NCBI GenBank assembly: GCA_965248445.1
Contig: CBDFJG010000002.1
Span: forward strand, 672,001-736,000
DNA: 64,000 nucleotides
Direction: 5' to 3'
DNA from: Planctomycetota bacterium
GTDB lineage: Bacteria; Planctomycetota; JAJSAM01; JAJVHW01
Both the position numbers and the translations under genes were made by a program. Positions 1 to 13,269 of the stretch are shown here, in pieces (the first letter of the stretch is position 1; each line of letters begins with the position of its first letter). The notes under the pieces were generated by a model. That model had not been told where the DNA came from. It did not search any database and was given only the letters and a program-made list of their open reading frames with translations.

Positions 1-2
1 GG

Positions 3-664
3 GTGTCACGCACGAACGGATCGCGAGTACGGAGCAATGGCGGCACCAGCGCAACGGTCCGCGGTTCCCGTGTGGCCAAGCGGCGCCCGCGCGAGGACAC
101 GAGCCACCCGGCTCTGATGGTTGCGCTCCGCGACGAGCAGCGCACGCGCACCCTCTTCACGAAGCTCTCCTTCATGGCGCGCGCCCGCTACGGCCTCCGC
201 CCCGACGACTCCGAGGACGTCTTCCACGAGGCCGTCGCGACGTACCTGACGATCCACGCGCGCTACCCGTCGGGAGACAACCACTTCGGGCTGCTCGTCG
301 GCATCTTCCACAAGAAGGCCCTCGAGCACCTCGGGGCGCGGCAACGCACCGGCGCACCGGCCGCGTGGCTCGCCGATTTGTCGCGCGGCTGCGCAGCGAC
401 CGGCCGGACATGGCCCGCGGCGAGGACCCGAAGGGCGCGACCGTGCAGCGCGTCATCCGGGACGAGGACGCGCAGCTGATCAGCGCGGCGATCTCGACGC
501 TCTCCGACGAGGGACGCGAGTTGCTGCTCACTCTGGCAGAGGGGCGCATGACCCGTCTCGAGCTGATCGAGAGCCTCGGCATCAACCGCAACACCTTCGA
601 CACGCGACTACGCTCGCTCCGGCTCAAGCTGAAAGAGACCCTGCTTCGGCAGGGCGTTCTCTAG
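3..664 (+). pseudogene. ECF-type RNA polymerase sigma factor, frameshifted by an 8-bp duplication
   Basis: Region-2-like DSEDVFHEA in ORF 3..479 and region-4-like LSDEGRELL...LGINRNTFDTRLRSLRLKL in ORF 365..664. Removing one CGCACCGG copy (345-360) joins them into a 217-aa ORF. Confidence 0.75.
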
Positions 665-775
665 CCCGCATCCGCAACGGGTTCGGCGTGCGGTGTTCTC
701 CGCACAGGTGCTGCTGCAGCCCTTGTCGCCGGTCGCCGCTGCCCCGTTTGGATTCGCGTCTGGATTCGCAGCGGC

Positions 776-1285
776 TCAGTACGTGAGGTGGCGCCGCGCC
801 CGCTTCACCTGCCCGCGCCGGATGAGCATCAGCACGACGATCGCAATCAGCGATCCGAAGGTGATGTTCTTCGCGTCCTCGATGAGCTTCGCGGTGGCGA
901 TGGGGTCACTGCTGCCCGCGACCTCGGCGGTCGGGTGCAGAGTGATGTCCTTGTCCTCTTTGGGGATCGTGAGCCGCTGGTGATCGATCACGAGGACGCG
1001 AGACGTCGTCAAGTCCGTGTGGATCGGCTCGCCGTAGATCGAGACCACTACGCGGCGGCGCTCCTCGCCCTTCAACCGCCGGAGGTCGGACCGCGCCTGG
1101 CTGCGGTTCATGTCGATCGACGAGTACTCGGTCACGGCGCTCTTCATCAGCACGACGTCGCGGCCCCACGCCCGGTCCAGCCCCCACGCCACCGGGAACG
1201 CGAGCGCTCCCAGTGCGGCGAGGAACAGCAGAAGTTGGACGATCTTCGTCACGTGGTGGGGGCGGCCCACCACCGGCAAGCTCAC
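776..1285 (-). CDS. hypothetical membrane protein (two TM segments)
   Basis: 169-aa ORF with hydrophobic N- and C-terminal helices. Confidence 0.65.
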   Translation of the reverse strand: MSLPVVGRPHHVTKIVQLLLFLAALGALAFPVAWGLDRAWGRDVVLMKSAVTEYSSIDMNRSQARSDLRRLKGEERRRVVVSIYGEPIHTDLTTSRVLVIDHQRLTIPKEDKDITLHPTAEVAGSSDPIATAKLIEDAKNITFGSLIAIVVLMLIRRGQVKRARRHLTY

Positions 1286-1404
1286 CCAGGGTCACACTAA
1301 CTCACACGGGGGTCGTCATCCGTCTATCGGGGCGCTCACCGAAACCGTCGAGAGGCCCTCTGGACTCACTTGGCGGGCGGGCGCCGCCCGGCTACGAGTG
1401 AGGC

Positions 1405-1710
1405 GTGAGTTGCTCCCACGACCATTCCGGCGACAGCGAGCGGGACCTGTGCATCTGCTTCCACGTCCCGCGCGACAAGATCATCCGCTACATCAAGCGG
1501 GAGCGGCCGAAGGTCCCCTCCCTTCTCTCGGAGTGCCTCTCCGCCGGCACCGGCTGCGGCTGGTGCGTCCCGTTCCTCGAGAAACTCCACGAGGAGGTGA
1601 TGGCGGGGCAGGAGCCGTCACCGGCGATGACCGGCGAGGAGTACCGCGCGCGGCGCCTGCGGTATCACGAGAAGCTGCGGCAGGGTGTCGCGAACCCTCG
1701 CGAGGACTGA
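1405..1710 (+). CDS. BFD-like [2Fe-2S]-binding protein
   Basis: CxC (LCICFHV) and GTGCGWC motifs. Confidence 0.85.
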   Translation: MSCSHDHSGDSERDLCICFHVPRDKIIRYIKRERPKVPSLLSECLSAGTGCGWCVPFLEKLHEEVMAGQEPSPAMTGEEYRARRLRYHEKLRQGVANPRED

Positions 1711-1746
1711 CCCGCACGATCGCGCAGCGCGCGTGTCGGCCGGCGC

Positions 1747-1920
1747 CTAGGTGGACTTTTGCCAGCGCCAGGAGGTGCAGCAGAGTACGCCGACGCCGCC
1801 GATGACCATCACCACCAGACCGATCTCGTAATGGTCCTGTCGCTGGTCGGTCTTCAATCCGTCCCCGGCCATCACCACAGCTCCGGCCAGCACGACGATC
1901 GCCCAGGCGATGGCTTTCAT
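1747..1920 (-). CDS. small membrane protein (57 aa)
   Basis: ATG 9 nt after the kinase stop codon; two hydrophobic helices (MKAIAWAIVVLAG..., IGLVVMVIGGVGV). Confidence 0.55.
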   Translation of the reverse strand: MKAIAWAIVVLAGAVVMAGDGLKTDQRQDHYEIGLVVMVIGGVGVLCCTSWRWQKST

Positions 1921-1928
1921 CGTTGCCG

Positions 1929-3791
1929 CTACTTGCTCGCGTCGTCCGGATCGACGAAGAAGCGGCGCAACTTGTCCTTCGCGTCGCCCATGGCGTCGAC
2001 GATGGTCGCCGTCACCGCATGCTCCTGCGCCTGCTCGCTCAGTCCCAGCTCGCGGGCCAGCACGGCGAGGAACACGTTCTCGTCCACCCGGCGAATCGAC
2101 GTGAACTTCTTGAACAGCTTCCACACCGCTTCGGCCCCGACGGTCGTCCACTCGATGCGGCGCGGCAGGTCCCCTGCCTTCGAGGACAGGCCCTTCTCGT
2201 CGGCTGACACCAGCACCTCGTCGTGACCCGCGTCCTTCTTGACGACGACGGCCATTATCTGGTTGGCTTCGAATCCTGCGTTCAGGCGCTTCGTGAACTC
2301 GACTGACAGGTAGTCGATGCGCGTGGACTTCTTGCGCCAGTCCTGGAACGACTCGCCTTCGATCTTCGAGTGCTTGGAGGCGATCCCCTTCGCTGCGCCG
2401 AAGTCGTAACGGCCGATCGCCTCGAGCAGCGCCTTGCGCTCGTTGTTGACGCGGTCATCAACCGCTGCGCGTTCCTTCGCCCTGACTGCGTCGGCCTCGG
2501 CCTGAGCGGCACGGCGTTTCGCGCCCTTCAGGTCATCGCCGGCCTTCAGCCCCCACTCGGTGCCCGTGTGGTCCGTGGCCACCTGCTCCCACTTCTTCAC
2601 GGCGCCGGCGTAGTCCCTCTTGTTGTTCGCCACCCAGGCAACCGCGTTCTCGTACGCGACCTTCGCGGCCGCGATCTTGGGGTCGACCTTCGGCACGGGC
2701 GGCGTGGCGGTGTCGCCGTTGCCGGCCCGGACGCCACCGCCATGGCGCGGCGGGGGCGGATTCACCACGTCGGGAGGGACGGCGCCGGTGTCCGTCTCGT
2801 CGCCCTTGCCCTTCAGCAGGAACACAGCGGCGATCGCGGCCACGACGATCAGCCCGATCACGCCGGCGATCATCGGCGCGTTGCTCGACGACTTCGCCGC
2901 GGCGCGCGAACGCCGCTTGCGCTTGCCGCCCTTGCCCGATGTCTGCTGCGCGCGGGTCTCGACGAACGGTGCGAGCATCTCGACTGCTTCGGCGGACGTC
3001 GGCCGGTAGCCCTTTGCGGACACCAGCAGCTTCTTGACGATGTCGTCGTAGTCCGAGCCGAGGTCGGGCTTCACCACGGACGGCAGAATCAGGTCCGCCT
3101 TCACGTGGGCGGCGAGGATCTCCTTGACCGTGCCGCCGGTGTACGGAAGCTCACCCGTGAGCATCTTGTAGATGCAGATGCCGAGCGCGTAGACGTCGCT
3201 CTTCTCGTCGATGCGCTTGCCCTGACACGCCTCGGGCGACATGTAGAGCGGTGTTCCGATGCGCGTCGTCGTGGCGCCGCCGGCCAGCCCGAAGTCGAGC
3301 ACCTTGACCAGACCCGTGCCGCGTTCGAGCATCACGTTGGGCGGCTTCACGTCGCGGTGCACGACGCCGGCTTCGTGCGCCGCTTCGAGTGCCTGCGCGA
3401 TCTCGAGCGCGATGCGCAGCGCCTTCTTGACCGGCAGCGCGCCGTCGCGCTTGATCAGCTCATGGAGCGTCTCGCCCGAGACGAGCTCCATGAGGATGCA
3501 GACCTCGTGCTCGTCGTCCTCGACGACGTCGTACACGCGGACGACGTTGGCGTGCTCGACCTGAGCGATTGCGCGCGCCTCTGCAATGAAGCGATCTCGC
3601 ATGTCGTCCGTGCCGGAGAACTCCCCGGCCATGACCTTCAGCGCGATGTCGCGGCCGAGCGGCTCGTAGTGCGCGCGGTAGACCCCGGACGTTCTCCCGT
3701 ACCCGAGCGGCTCTCCGACGACGCATCTGGCGATCGTCTTGCCGACGTGCTGGCGGGGGTTGGAGGGGGGCTGCAGCGGGGCTCGGGACAT
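1929..3791 (-). CDS. membrane-anchored Hanks-type Ser/Thr protein kinase
   Basis: LGYGRTSGVY, ALK, HRDVKPPN, DFG, GTPLYMSPE; TM helix followed by an extracytoplasmic domain. Confidence 0.93.
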   Translation of the reverse strand: MSRAPLQPPSNPRQHVGKTIARCVVGEPLGYGRTSGVYRAHYEPLGRDIALKVMAGEFSGTDDMRDRFIAEARAIAQVEHANVVRVYDVVEDDEHEVCILMELVSGETLHELIKRDGALPVKKALRIALEIAQALEAAHEAGVVHRDVKPPNVMLERGTGLVKVLDFGLAGGATTTRIGTPLYMSPEACQGKRIDEKSDVYALGICIYKMLTGELPYTGGTVKEILAAHVKADLILPSVVKPDLGSDYDDIVKKLLVSAKGYRPTSAEAVEMLAPFVETRAQQTSGKGGKRKRRSRAAAKSSSNAPMIAGVIGLIVVAAIAAVFLLKGKGDETDTGAVPPDVVNPPPPRHGGGVRAGNGDTATPPVPKVDPKIAAAKVAYENAVAWVANNKRDYAGAVKKWEQVATDHTGTEWGLKAGDDLKGAKRRAAQAEADAVRAKERAAVDDRVNNERKALLEAIGRYDFGAAKGIASKHSKIEGESFQDWRKKSTRIDYLSVEFTKRLNAGFEANQIMAVVVKKDAGHDEVLVSADEKGLSSKAGDLPRRIEWTTVGAEAVWKLFKKFTSIRRVDENVFLAVLARELGLSEQAQEHAVTATIVDAMGDAKDKLRRFFVDPDDASK

Positions 3792-4055
3792 ATCGAGGCG
3801 GTCTCTGGTGTTCTGAGAGGGGAGAGCGGCTCTCTCCCGCGAGGCTGGGCGCCCGAGGCGCGCGCCTCCGTCCGAGCATAGCCAAAGCTGCAGGCTGCCG
3901 ATATGGATGTCGGGGTGTCAGTTGATCCCCCGCGGGCTGCCGACCCGTCCAAAGAGGGGGACGCAGGCCCGAGACTGGGCGAGACTGACATCGCCACGCG
4001 GGGCCGAGCGTCGCGTGGCACGCCGTGTGCCTGAAGAGTCCTGGAGGAACCTGAG

Positions 4056-6641
<2,586 letters not shown>

Positions 6642-6863
6642 CGGGCTCGCTGCCGAGCGTCACGAGGATCGCGGGGCGATCCTGGCGCCGCGCGCCGTTC
6701 GCATGACTTCCTCCTACGCGGCTCGCAACCGTCGCGCCCTGCGCGATTCTCGCAACGAGGGCCGCCCGCTGTAGGGCCGGGCCGCCGCGCCCGCCCGCTC
6801 CCTCGCATCGGACCCCTGGGGTCCGCGATACTGCTCTTCCAACCAACGAAGAGGAGCACCGCG

Positions 6864-7313
6864 ATGAAGCCCCCGCCCAAGGACTGGCCCCGCATGTCGA
6901 GCGCGATCTTCTGCGCCGACGCCATGGCCGAGATCGAGTTCATGAAGCAGGCCTTCGGCTTCGCCGCCAAGCTCGTGGTCCCCGGTGAGGACGGGAAGGT
7001 CCTGCACTCCCAGCTCACCTACGGCGGCGGCCTCGTGATGGTGGCGTCGGCCGGCGCCTCGCCCCGTCCGACAGCCTCGATCTGCCGCTCACCGCAGCAC
7101 CTCGATGGCTCCAACACCCAGAGCCTGATGCTCTACGTCGACGACGTGGACGCCCACTGCGCCCACGCCCGCGAGCACGGCGCCGAGGTCGTCATGGAGC
7201 CCGAGACCATGAACTACGGGGACGAGTACTGGACCGATCGCAGCTACGAGTGCGTGGACCCCGAGGGCCACCACTGGTGGTTCGTCGAGCGGATCAAGAC
7301 GGCGGGCGACTGA
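6864..7313 (+). CDS. VOC/glyoxalase family protein
   Basis: AFGF, LYVDDVDAH, DPEGHHWWF motifs; GAGGAG RBS. Confidence 0.9.
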   Translation: MKPPPKDWPRMSSAIFCADAMAEIEFMKQAFGFAAKLVVPGEDGKVLHSQLTYGGGLVMVASAGASPRPTASICRSPQHLDGSNTQSLMLYVDDVDAHCAHAREHGAEVVMEPETMNYGDEYWTDRSYECVDPEGHHWWFVERIKTAGD

Positions 7314-7424
7314 TCCCCTGGATCTCCCGCGGCCTCAGGCTCCGCCGGAGCCTCGGAATCCGTCCGTTCGACCCGGAATCCAGCGATCCGTCCCGATCCT
7401 GGTTCGTTCAGGCAGGATGAGGTC

Positions 7425-8480
7425 ATGACCCGGACCGAGACTCCTTCATCCGGCGGGGGCGCGAGCGCCCTCACCGCCTGGCTCGCAGGCGGTGTCTTCG
7501 TGCTGCTCGCGCTCCAGGTCTTCGCGATCTGGGACTCCCGCGCCGCGGCCGAGCGGACCAAGACCGCGATGGCCGACCTCGAAGCGATGGCCGCCAAGCT
7601 CGAGAAGGCCTCTCTCAAGATGGAGAGCATGGACCGCCGAATGGCGGAGCTCGAGCGGCTGATGACCGTTGCCGACGACTGGGACTTCGTGGTCGACGAG
7701 ATCGTGCGCACGCGCACCCGGGTCGACGACATCATCATCGCGCTCGAGAACCGCGGCGAGCAGCTGGGCGAGGAGATCAACCAGCCCCCCGACCTCGACT
7801 GGACGCAGCCCGAGCTGTTCGACGCCGCCAAGCGCGCCGCCGAGCAGGTCGGCATCGAGCTGCGTCCCGACGAGGTACGCGTCCCCGCGCGCCTGGTGCT
7901 GAAGTCGGGTGTCCTCGAATACCTCGCGTGTCTCGAGGGCGGCAAGCTGCACGAGTCACTGGTCGAGCTGATCGGCAACGGCGGCAGCGAGGAAACCCGC
8001 CGGCACAAGCAGTTCGGCGCGCGTCTGAACAACGCGCTCCAGGCGATCGGTTTCACCCGCGGGGAGCCGATCCGGTTCTCCCGCGGCGGCACGCGTCCGG
8101 CGCAGGGTGCGCCCGTCTACCTGTTCATCGAGTGGGAGGAGGAGGGGAAGCCCGTCACGGTGCGCGCCGAGGACCTCGTCTGGAACCACGTCGAGAGCCG
8201 TCCGATGGAGCGGGGCGCGTGGGTCTACGTAGGCTCCCGCTTCGTCGAGGGCATGGACGAGGGCGAGATCGTGTACGCCGCGGACCTGACCGCCGAGGCC
8301 GTCGCGACGTACTCCTCGCCGACCACGATCATCGACACCACCGCGGTGGGGGCCCAGGACGACACGGTCTTCATCGTGGCCACGCCCCGGCTTCCCGAGG
8401 GCGTGATCGACTGCACGTTCGTCCTACGTAAGGAAGACAAAGCCCCGTCACGGGAGTTCACTCTCCCGGAAGATGAGTGA
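7425..8480 (+). CDS. membrane-anchored coiled-coil protein with YdjY-like domain
   Basis: N-terminal TM and coiled coil, then LEYLAC..GKLHESL, LQAIG, VRAEDLVWN, WVYVGSRF. Confidence 0.7.
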   Translation: MTRTETPSSGGGASALTAWLAGGVFVLLALQVFAIWDSRAAAERTKTAMADLEAMAAKLEKASLKMESMDRRMAELERLMTVADDWDFVVDEIVRTRTRVDDIIIALENRGEQLGEEINQPPDLDWTQPELFDAAKRAAEQVGIELRPDEVRVPARLVLKSGVLEYLACLEGGKLHESLVELIGNGGSEETRRHKQFGARLNNALQAIGFTRGEPIRFSRGGTRPAQGAPVYLFIEWEEEGKPVTVRAEDLVWNHVESRPMERGAWVYVGSRFVEGMDEGEIVYAADLTAEAVATYSSPTTIIDTTAVGAQDDTVFIVATPRLPEGVIDCTFVLRKEDKAPSREFTLPEDE

Positions 8481-8512
8481 GCTCGGGTACCGATACTGAG
8501 ACATGGCGCTGA

Positions 8513-9508
8513 GTGAGATACGGATCGCAGGAGAGCAGCAGAGTGACTGACAAGAACCGGGAGGCCCTGGCACAGGCCCAGAAGCTGGTCCAGCGCGCGC
8601 GCCGCCGACTGATCGTCGGCGCGGCGGGGGACGGTTTCTTCACAGGCGTGCTCTTCGGGTGCGTGCCGGCGCTCTTGCTCGGACTCTCGTGGCTCGTGGG
8701 CTTCGGCCCGGAGCCCGGCCCGTGGTTGATGCTGTTCCCCGGCATCGGCGCGCTGTTCGGCGTGGTCGTCGCGATCGGATTGGCCCCGGACGAAGCGCAC
8801 TCCGCACTCATCCTCGACAAGGCCGCGGGCACCGGCGAAGCGCTCGTCTCCGCATTGACAGCGACGGACGCGCAGCCCGCGTTCCGCGCCCTCGCCGCCG
8901 AGGGTGGTGTCAGCGCGGTGGGGGACCAGCCGATGCGCACGCTGCTCCCGTGGCGCGCGCCGTGGACCGCGACCGCCGCCGTGCTCGCACTGCTCGCGAC
9001 GTCCGCGCTGGCGTTCCTTCCGGGCGCTGCCGAAGAGCCGCAGCCCATACCGCACACCACGCCCGCCGACGTCACCCCCGGCATCCCGAGTGACACCGGT
9101 TCCGCCGGCACGCCCGGCGACTCGACCGAGGGCGCGCTGCCGACCGACGTCGTACCGACGGCGGAGACGGACCCCGCGACGCTGCCTCCCGAGGACCTCG
9201 AGACACTGGCCCGCGAACTCGCGGCCCGCGGCTCGAAGGAAGCCGAGGCCGCTCTCAAGGCCCTCGAGCACGACGACTTCGAGACGGCGCGGGCGGCACT
9301 CCGTGAGGCTCTCGCCGCCGGTTCCGGCGTCAAGAGCGAGGACGGCACGGGCAGTCTGACCGCCTCGAGCGCCCCCGGTAGTGGCGTGGCCGGCGCATGG
9401 TCTTCGGGCCGCTGGCCGCTCCGGTACGATCGCGCCATTCGCCGCTACATGGCGGCCCAGGAAGTCCATGCCACCGTCCCGGCAGATGGTGAGAGGAACC
9501 CGCGATGA
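8513..9508 (+). CDS. hypothetical membrane protein
   Basis: Three TM segments and a Pro/Thr-rich linker; start may be GTG near 8543. Confidence 0.65.
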   Translation: MRYGSQESSRVTDKNREALAQAQKLVQRARRRLIVGAAGDGFFTGVLFGCVPALLLGLSWLVGFGPEPGPWLMLFPGIGALFGVVVAIGLAPDEAHSALILDKAAGTGEALVSALTATDAQPAFRALAAEGGVSAVGDQPMRTLLPWRAPWTATAAVLALLATSALAFLPGAAEEPQPIPHTTPADVTPGIPSDTGSAGTPGDSTEGALPTDVVPTAETDPATLPPEDLETLARELAARGSKEAEAALKALEHDDFETARAALREALAAGSGVKSEDGTGSLTASSAPGSGVAGAWSSGRWPLRYDRAIRRYMAAQEVHATVPADGERNPR

Positions 9509-9524
9509 CCTTGAGTACCGGCAA

Positions 9525-10751
9525 GTGAGTCGCAAGCTCGGCGTATGGACCCTGGGTGCTTACGGCAACGTCGCGGCGACCGTCGTCGCCGGCGCCGCCT
9601 CGATCGCCCGCGGTCTGAACGACCCGACCGGTCTGATCACCGCGACATCTGACTTCGCGGACCTCGACCTGATCGGTCTGGGGGACCTCGTCTTCGGCGG
9701 TCACGAGATCAGGAAGGGCAGCGTCCTCGGCGCCGCCCGCGACTTCGGCAAGCGAAACGGCGTGCTCACCCCGGCGCTGATCCTCGCGGTCGAAGACGCG
9801 CTGACCGACGCCGACGCGAACGTCCGCCCGGGCGTCCTCCTCGACAGCGGCGACGAGGTCCGCCAGATGGCGAGCGAGGACGCGCGCACGCACAAGGACC
9901 CGAAGGACCTCGTAGCGCGCGTGCAGGCCGACATCCGCGAGTTCCAGGAGCGTCACGGACTCGACGACGTGATCGTCGTCAATCTCACGTCCACCGAGCC
10001 GCGCGACGAGGACGTCCCCGCCCTCCGCTCCGCCGAGTCGTTCGAGAAGGCGCTGCGCCGCGGACGTCTCGACGGCGTGCCGAGCTCGGTGCTCTACGCG
10101 TACGCCGCCGTGCAAGCTGGCTACCCCTTCATCGACTTCACGCCGTCACCCGCAGCCGGCGCGGCCCCTGTGCGCGCCGCCGCCAAGGTCAGTTGCGTTC
10201 CGCACATGGGCCGCGACGGCAAGACGGGTGAGACGCTCGTCAAGACGGTGCTCGCCCCGATGTTCATGGCCCGCAACCTGCGCGTCCTCTCCTGGGAGGG
10301 CGTCAACATGCTGGGCAACCGCGACGGCGCGGTCCTGCGCGGCAAGGGCGCACTCGCCTCCAAGATCTCCGACAAGGACGAAGCGCTGCGTCGGATTCTG
10401 GGTACTGACGACACGCACTCCCGCGTGCACATCGACTACGTCCCCTCGCTCGAGGACTGGAAGCAGGCGTACGATTTCATCCATTTCGAGGGCTTCCTCG
10501 GCGCCCGCATGCAGATGCACTTCCTGTGGCAGGGTTGCGACAGCGCCCTCGCCGCGCCCCTCGTGCTCGACCTCGTCCGCCTCACCGATTTGGCCCACCG
10601 CCGCGGCGAAACCGGCACCCTCCCGCACCTGGCGTGCTTCTTCAAGACGCCGATCGACGTAGAGGTGCAGGACTTCGCCGAGCAGGTGGGGTTGTTGCGG
10701 GAGTACGTGGGGCAGGTGAACGCGGAGCGCGTCGGGTCCGCCGCGTCGTAG
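9525..10751 (+). CDS. ino1: myo-inositol-1-phosphate synthase
   Basis: GAYGNVA Rossmann motif, GRDGKTGETLVK, LGNRDG, GCDSALAAPLVLDL; GTG start inferred at 9525. Confidence 0.92.
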   Translation: MSRKLGVWTLGAYGNVAATVVAGAASIARGLNDPTGLITATSDFADLDLIGLGDLVFGGHEIRKGSVLGAARDFGKRNGVLTPALILAVEDALTDADANVRPGVLLDSGDEVRQMASEDARTHKDPKDLVARVQADIREFQERHGLDDVIVVNLTSTEPRDEDVPALRSAESFEKALRRGRLDGVPSSVLYAYAAVQAGYPFIDFTPSPAAGAAPVRAAAKVSCVPHMGRDGKTGETLVKTVLAPMFMARNLRVLSWEGVNMLGNRDGAVLRGKGALASKISDKDEALRRILGTDDTHSRVHIDYVPSLEDWKQAYDFIHFEGFLGARMQMHFLWQGCDSALAAPLVLDLVRLTDLAHRRGETGTLPHLACFFKTPIDVEVQDFAEQVGLLREYVGQVNAERVGSAAS

Positions 10752-11070
10752 CTGTCACGAGGGCGCGCCCACCCCGCGATTGTGCGGCGTCTATTCGGAC
10801 ACGTGACCGTGGCCCGCATCGCACGACAATTCCGACTTCTATCGCCACGGACGCCGGTGGCCGAGTGTGGCGAAGCGGCGGCAATGGTAGAACACGCGGC
10901 CCAATTGGCAGGATTGGCGCCACTCAAAGCCATCTACATAGAGCAGCTCGGTCACTTGGCCGGGGGGGGGGGGGCGGGAGTCTGTGTGTCGTGCGTCGGG
11001 GTGCCTGCCCGCTCGACGCCGTTCGATGGCGCCGTAGACTCCACCGAGGAAGCTCGCGGATGCACTGGGG

Positions 11071-13184
11071 GTGGGCATGGTCGGGAAGACACGCAGTTCA
11101 AAGAGGCTCGTTCGTTCGCTCGTGATCGGAGGAGCGATCGGCGCGCTCGCACTGACACCCGGCCTGGGCCGGTCGGAGGACGAGAAGCCCGGCGCTGCGC
11201 GCGTCGAGCGAGAGGCGCCGGAGTCGGCTGCGGATGCCGCGGTGCGCACGCAGCTGCAGGTTCCGGCCGCGAACGACGTCGGGCGGAGTGTCTCGCTGGG
11301 CGTGCTGGTGAGCGCGTACGAGAGGGCACTCGGCGTGAGGATGACGGTCACCGACGCCGCGCATGAAGCGGCGGGCGAGCGCGACGTGCCGATGCCGACG
11401 GCGGCGGGGCTGACGGCGGAGCAGCACCTGGACTTCGCGCTGTGGCAGCTCGACCTGCACCTGGCTGTTCGCGACGGCGGTGTCGCGATCGGCACGCCCT
11501 CCGAGGTGTTGGGTGCCGTCGACCGGCGGATCTACGACATCCGTCCGGTCCAGGAGGCGCTCGCCGCGCACTGGAACGGGTCGGGGGACGAGGGCTCCGA
11601 GCGGCGCGGGCACATACCCGTGCTCGGAGCCGAGGACATGATCACGCTGATCCAGATGGCGGTCGGCCCGCAAGACGTGTGGATGGGGGAGTCGGTCAGC
11701 ATCTCCTCCGTTGACGGAGGGCTCGCCGTGGTCCAAACCACGGAGGTGCATGCGGGCATCGAGGCCTTCCTGGCGCGTCTCGCGACCTACTTCGATCCGG
11801 TAGTGGAGGAGGCGACTCCGGCGGATCAGCGCCTGCAGGCGGCGCTCGCCCGCCGCGTCTCGGTTCGCGCGGAGGGAACGCCGCTCCGCGACGTAGCGCT
11901 CCGGCTCGAGGAGGCGATGGGTGCGCCGGTGATGGCCGCTGCCGATTGCGCGGACGCACCGATCACGCTGGATCTCGTCGACATCCCCGCGCAGCAGGCG
12001 GCCACCTGGCTCGCGCGGTCCGCGCGGGTGTACCTGTCCACGCAGGACGGCGTGCTGCTGTTCTCCCAGCAGCCACGGAACGAGACCCGACTGTACGGCG
12101 TGGGCGCGGCGATCGCGCCGCCCCCCGGTCGCGTCCTTCTCGACCACGTCGTCGAGCTCGTGACGTTCCTCGAGCCGCGGACCTGGGAGGAGTTCGGATC
12201 GGTCGAGGCGTTCGCGCCGGACACGCTCCTTGTCCGGAACACACAGTTCGTCCATGCGAAGATCACGCGTCTGATCGGCGCGCTGGAGCGGTTCGCGGAA
12301 CCGTCGTCCGCGACGTCAGCGGTGTCCGTCGTCGTCGAAGTGCCGGAGACCGCCGCGGACACCGCGGTTCACGCACGACTGGACGAGGCGGCGGCGACCG
12401 GTTTCGTCGGCGACTTCACTCTGGCGACACTTCCACGGGTGATCCGCGATACGTACGGCATCAGCGTCCTGATCGGGAAGCCGGGGAGCACGCAGGAGCA
12501 CGCGACCGTGTCCGTCCCGGATGCCGAGGGACTCACCGTGCGGCAGCAGCTGTCGCGTGCTCTGGCTCCTGCGGGTCTCGGCATCGGTGTGCAGGACGGC
12601 GTGCTTCGCATCGGCAAGTCGCACGCGCCGGTCGGTGCCATCGAGCGCCGCTACTACGACTTGCGGCCCGTCGTCCAGGCGTTCGCGGCGCGCGCACGCG
12701 ATGCGTCATCGGGGGGCTCCACTGCGAGTGAGCCCGTGTCCCGTCGCGCGTCGGTCTCGGAGGAGGACATCGTCGCCCTGGTCTACAAGTGCGTCGGACC
12801 GAAGGACATCTGGACCTCGGCCGGTGTCAGCCTTGCGTTTGGCCGCGAGTTGCTCGTGGCCGTGCAGACTCGTGACGTCCACGAACGCACGCATCACATG
12901 CTGGAGCGCCTTCTCGACTACCAGGACAGCGATGCCGGGGTGCTCGCCGACCCGGAGGGCTCGGTGTGGTTCTACGACGTCGCGACGTCGGGGATGTGCT
13001 GGAGGCGGCCGGCGAAGCTCTCTCGGGAGAGGATCTGCTCGACCGCGTACGCGCGATCGAGCCCGGCGCGTGGGAGAACTCGGGGTGGGTCGAGGTCGTC
13101 GCGCCGGATCTCCTGGTCGTGAGCAACGCGTCGGAAGTGCAGACGCGGGTCGCGGAGCTGCTGTCGCAGCTGACGAACGAGTAG
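11071..13184 (+). pseudogene. secreted protein with repeated STN/secretin-N-like domains, frameshifted near the C-terminus by an 8-bp duplication
   Basis: Signal peptide; repeats of R.YD(I/L)RP...W...LVVQT.EVH. Removing one CGACGTCG (12975-12990) joins ORF 11071..13122 to 12966..13184 (701 aa). Confidence 0.7.
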
Positions 13185-13269
13185 CGCGCCATACCGAGAC
13201 CGGTGTCATCTGCCAACCGGTGTCGTGAGCGGGGCGATGGGACTCAGTCGTTGAGCGCGGGACGACTAG

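Noticed and set aside
3800..4055. CIRCE or CtsR heat-shock operator upstream of clpC
   Set aside because: No TTAGCACTC-N9-GAGTGCTAA and no clear CtsR heptad repeat found.
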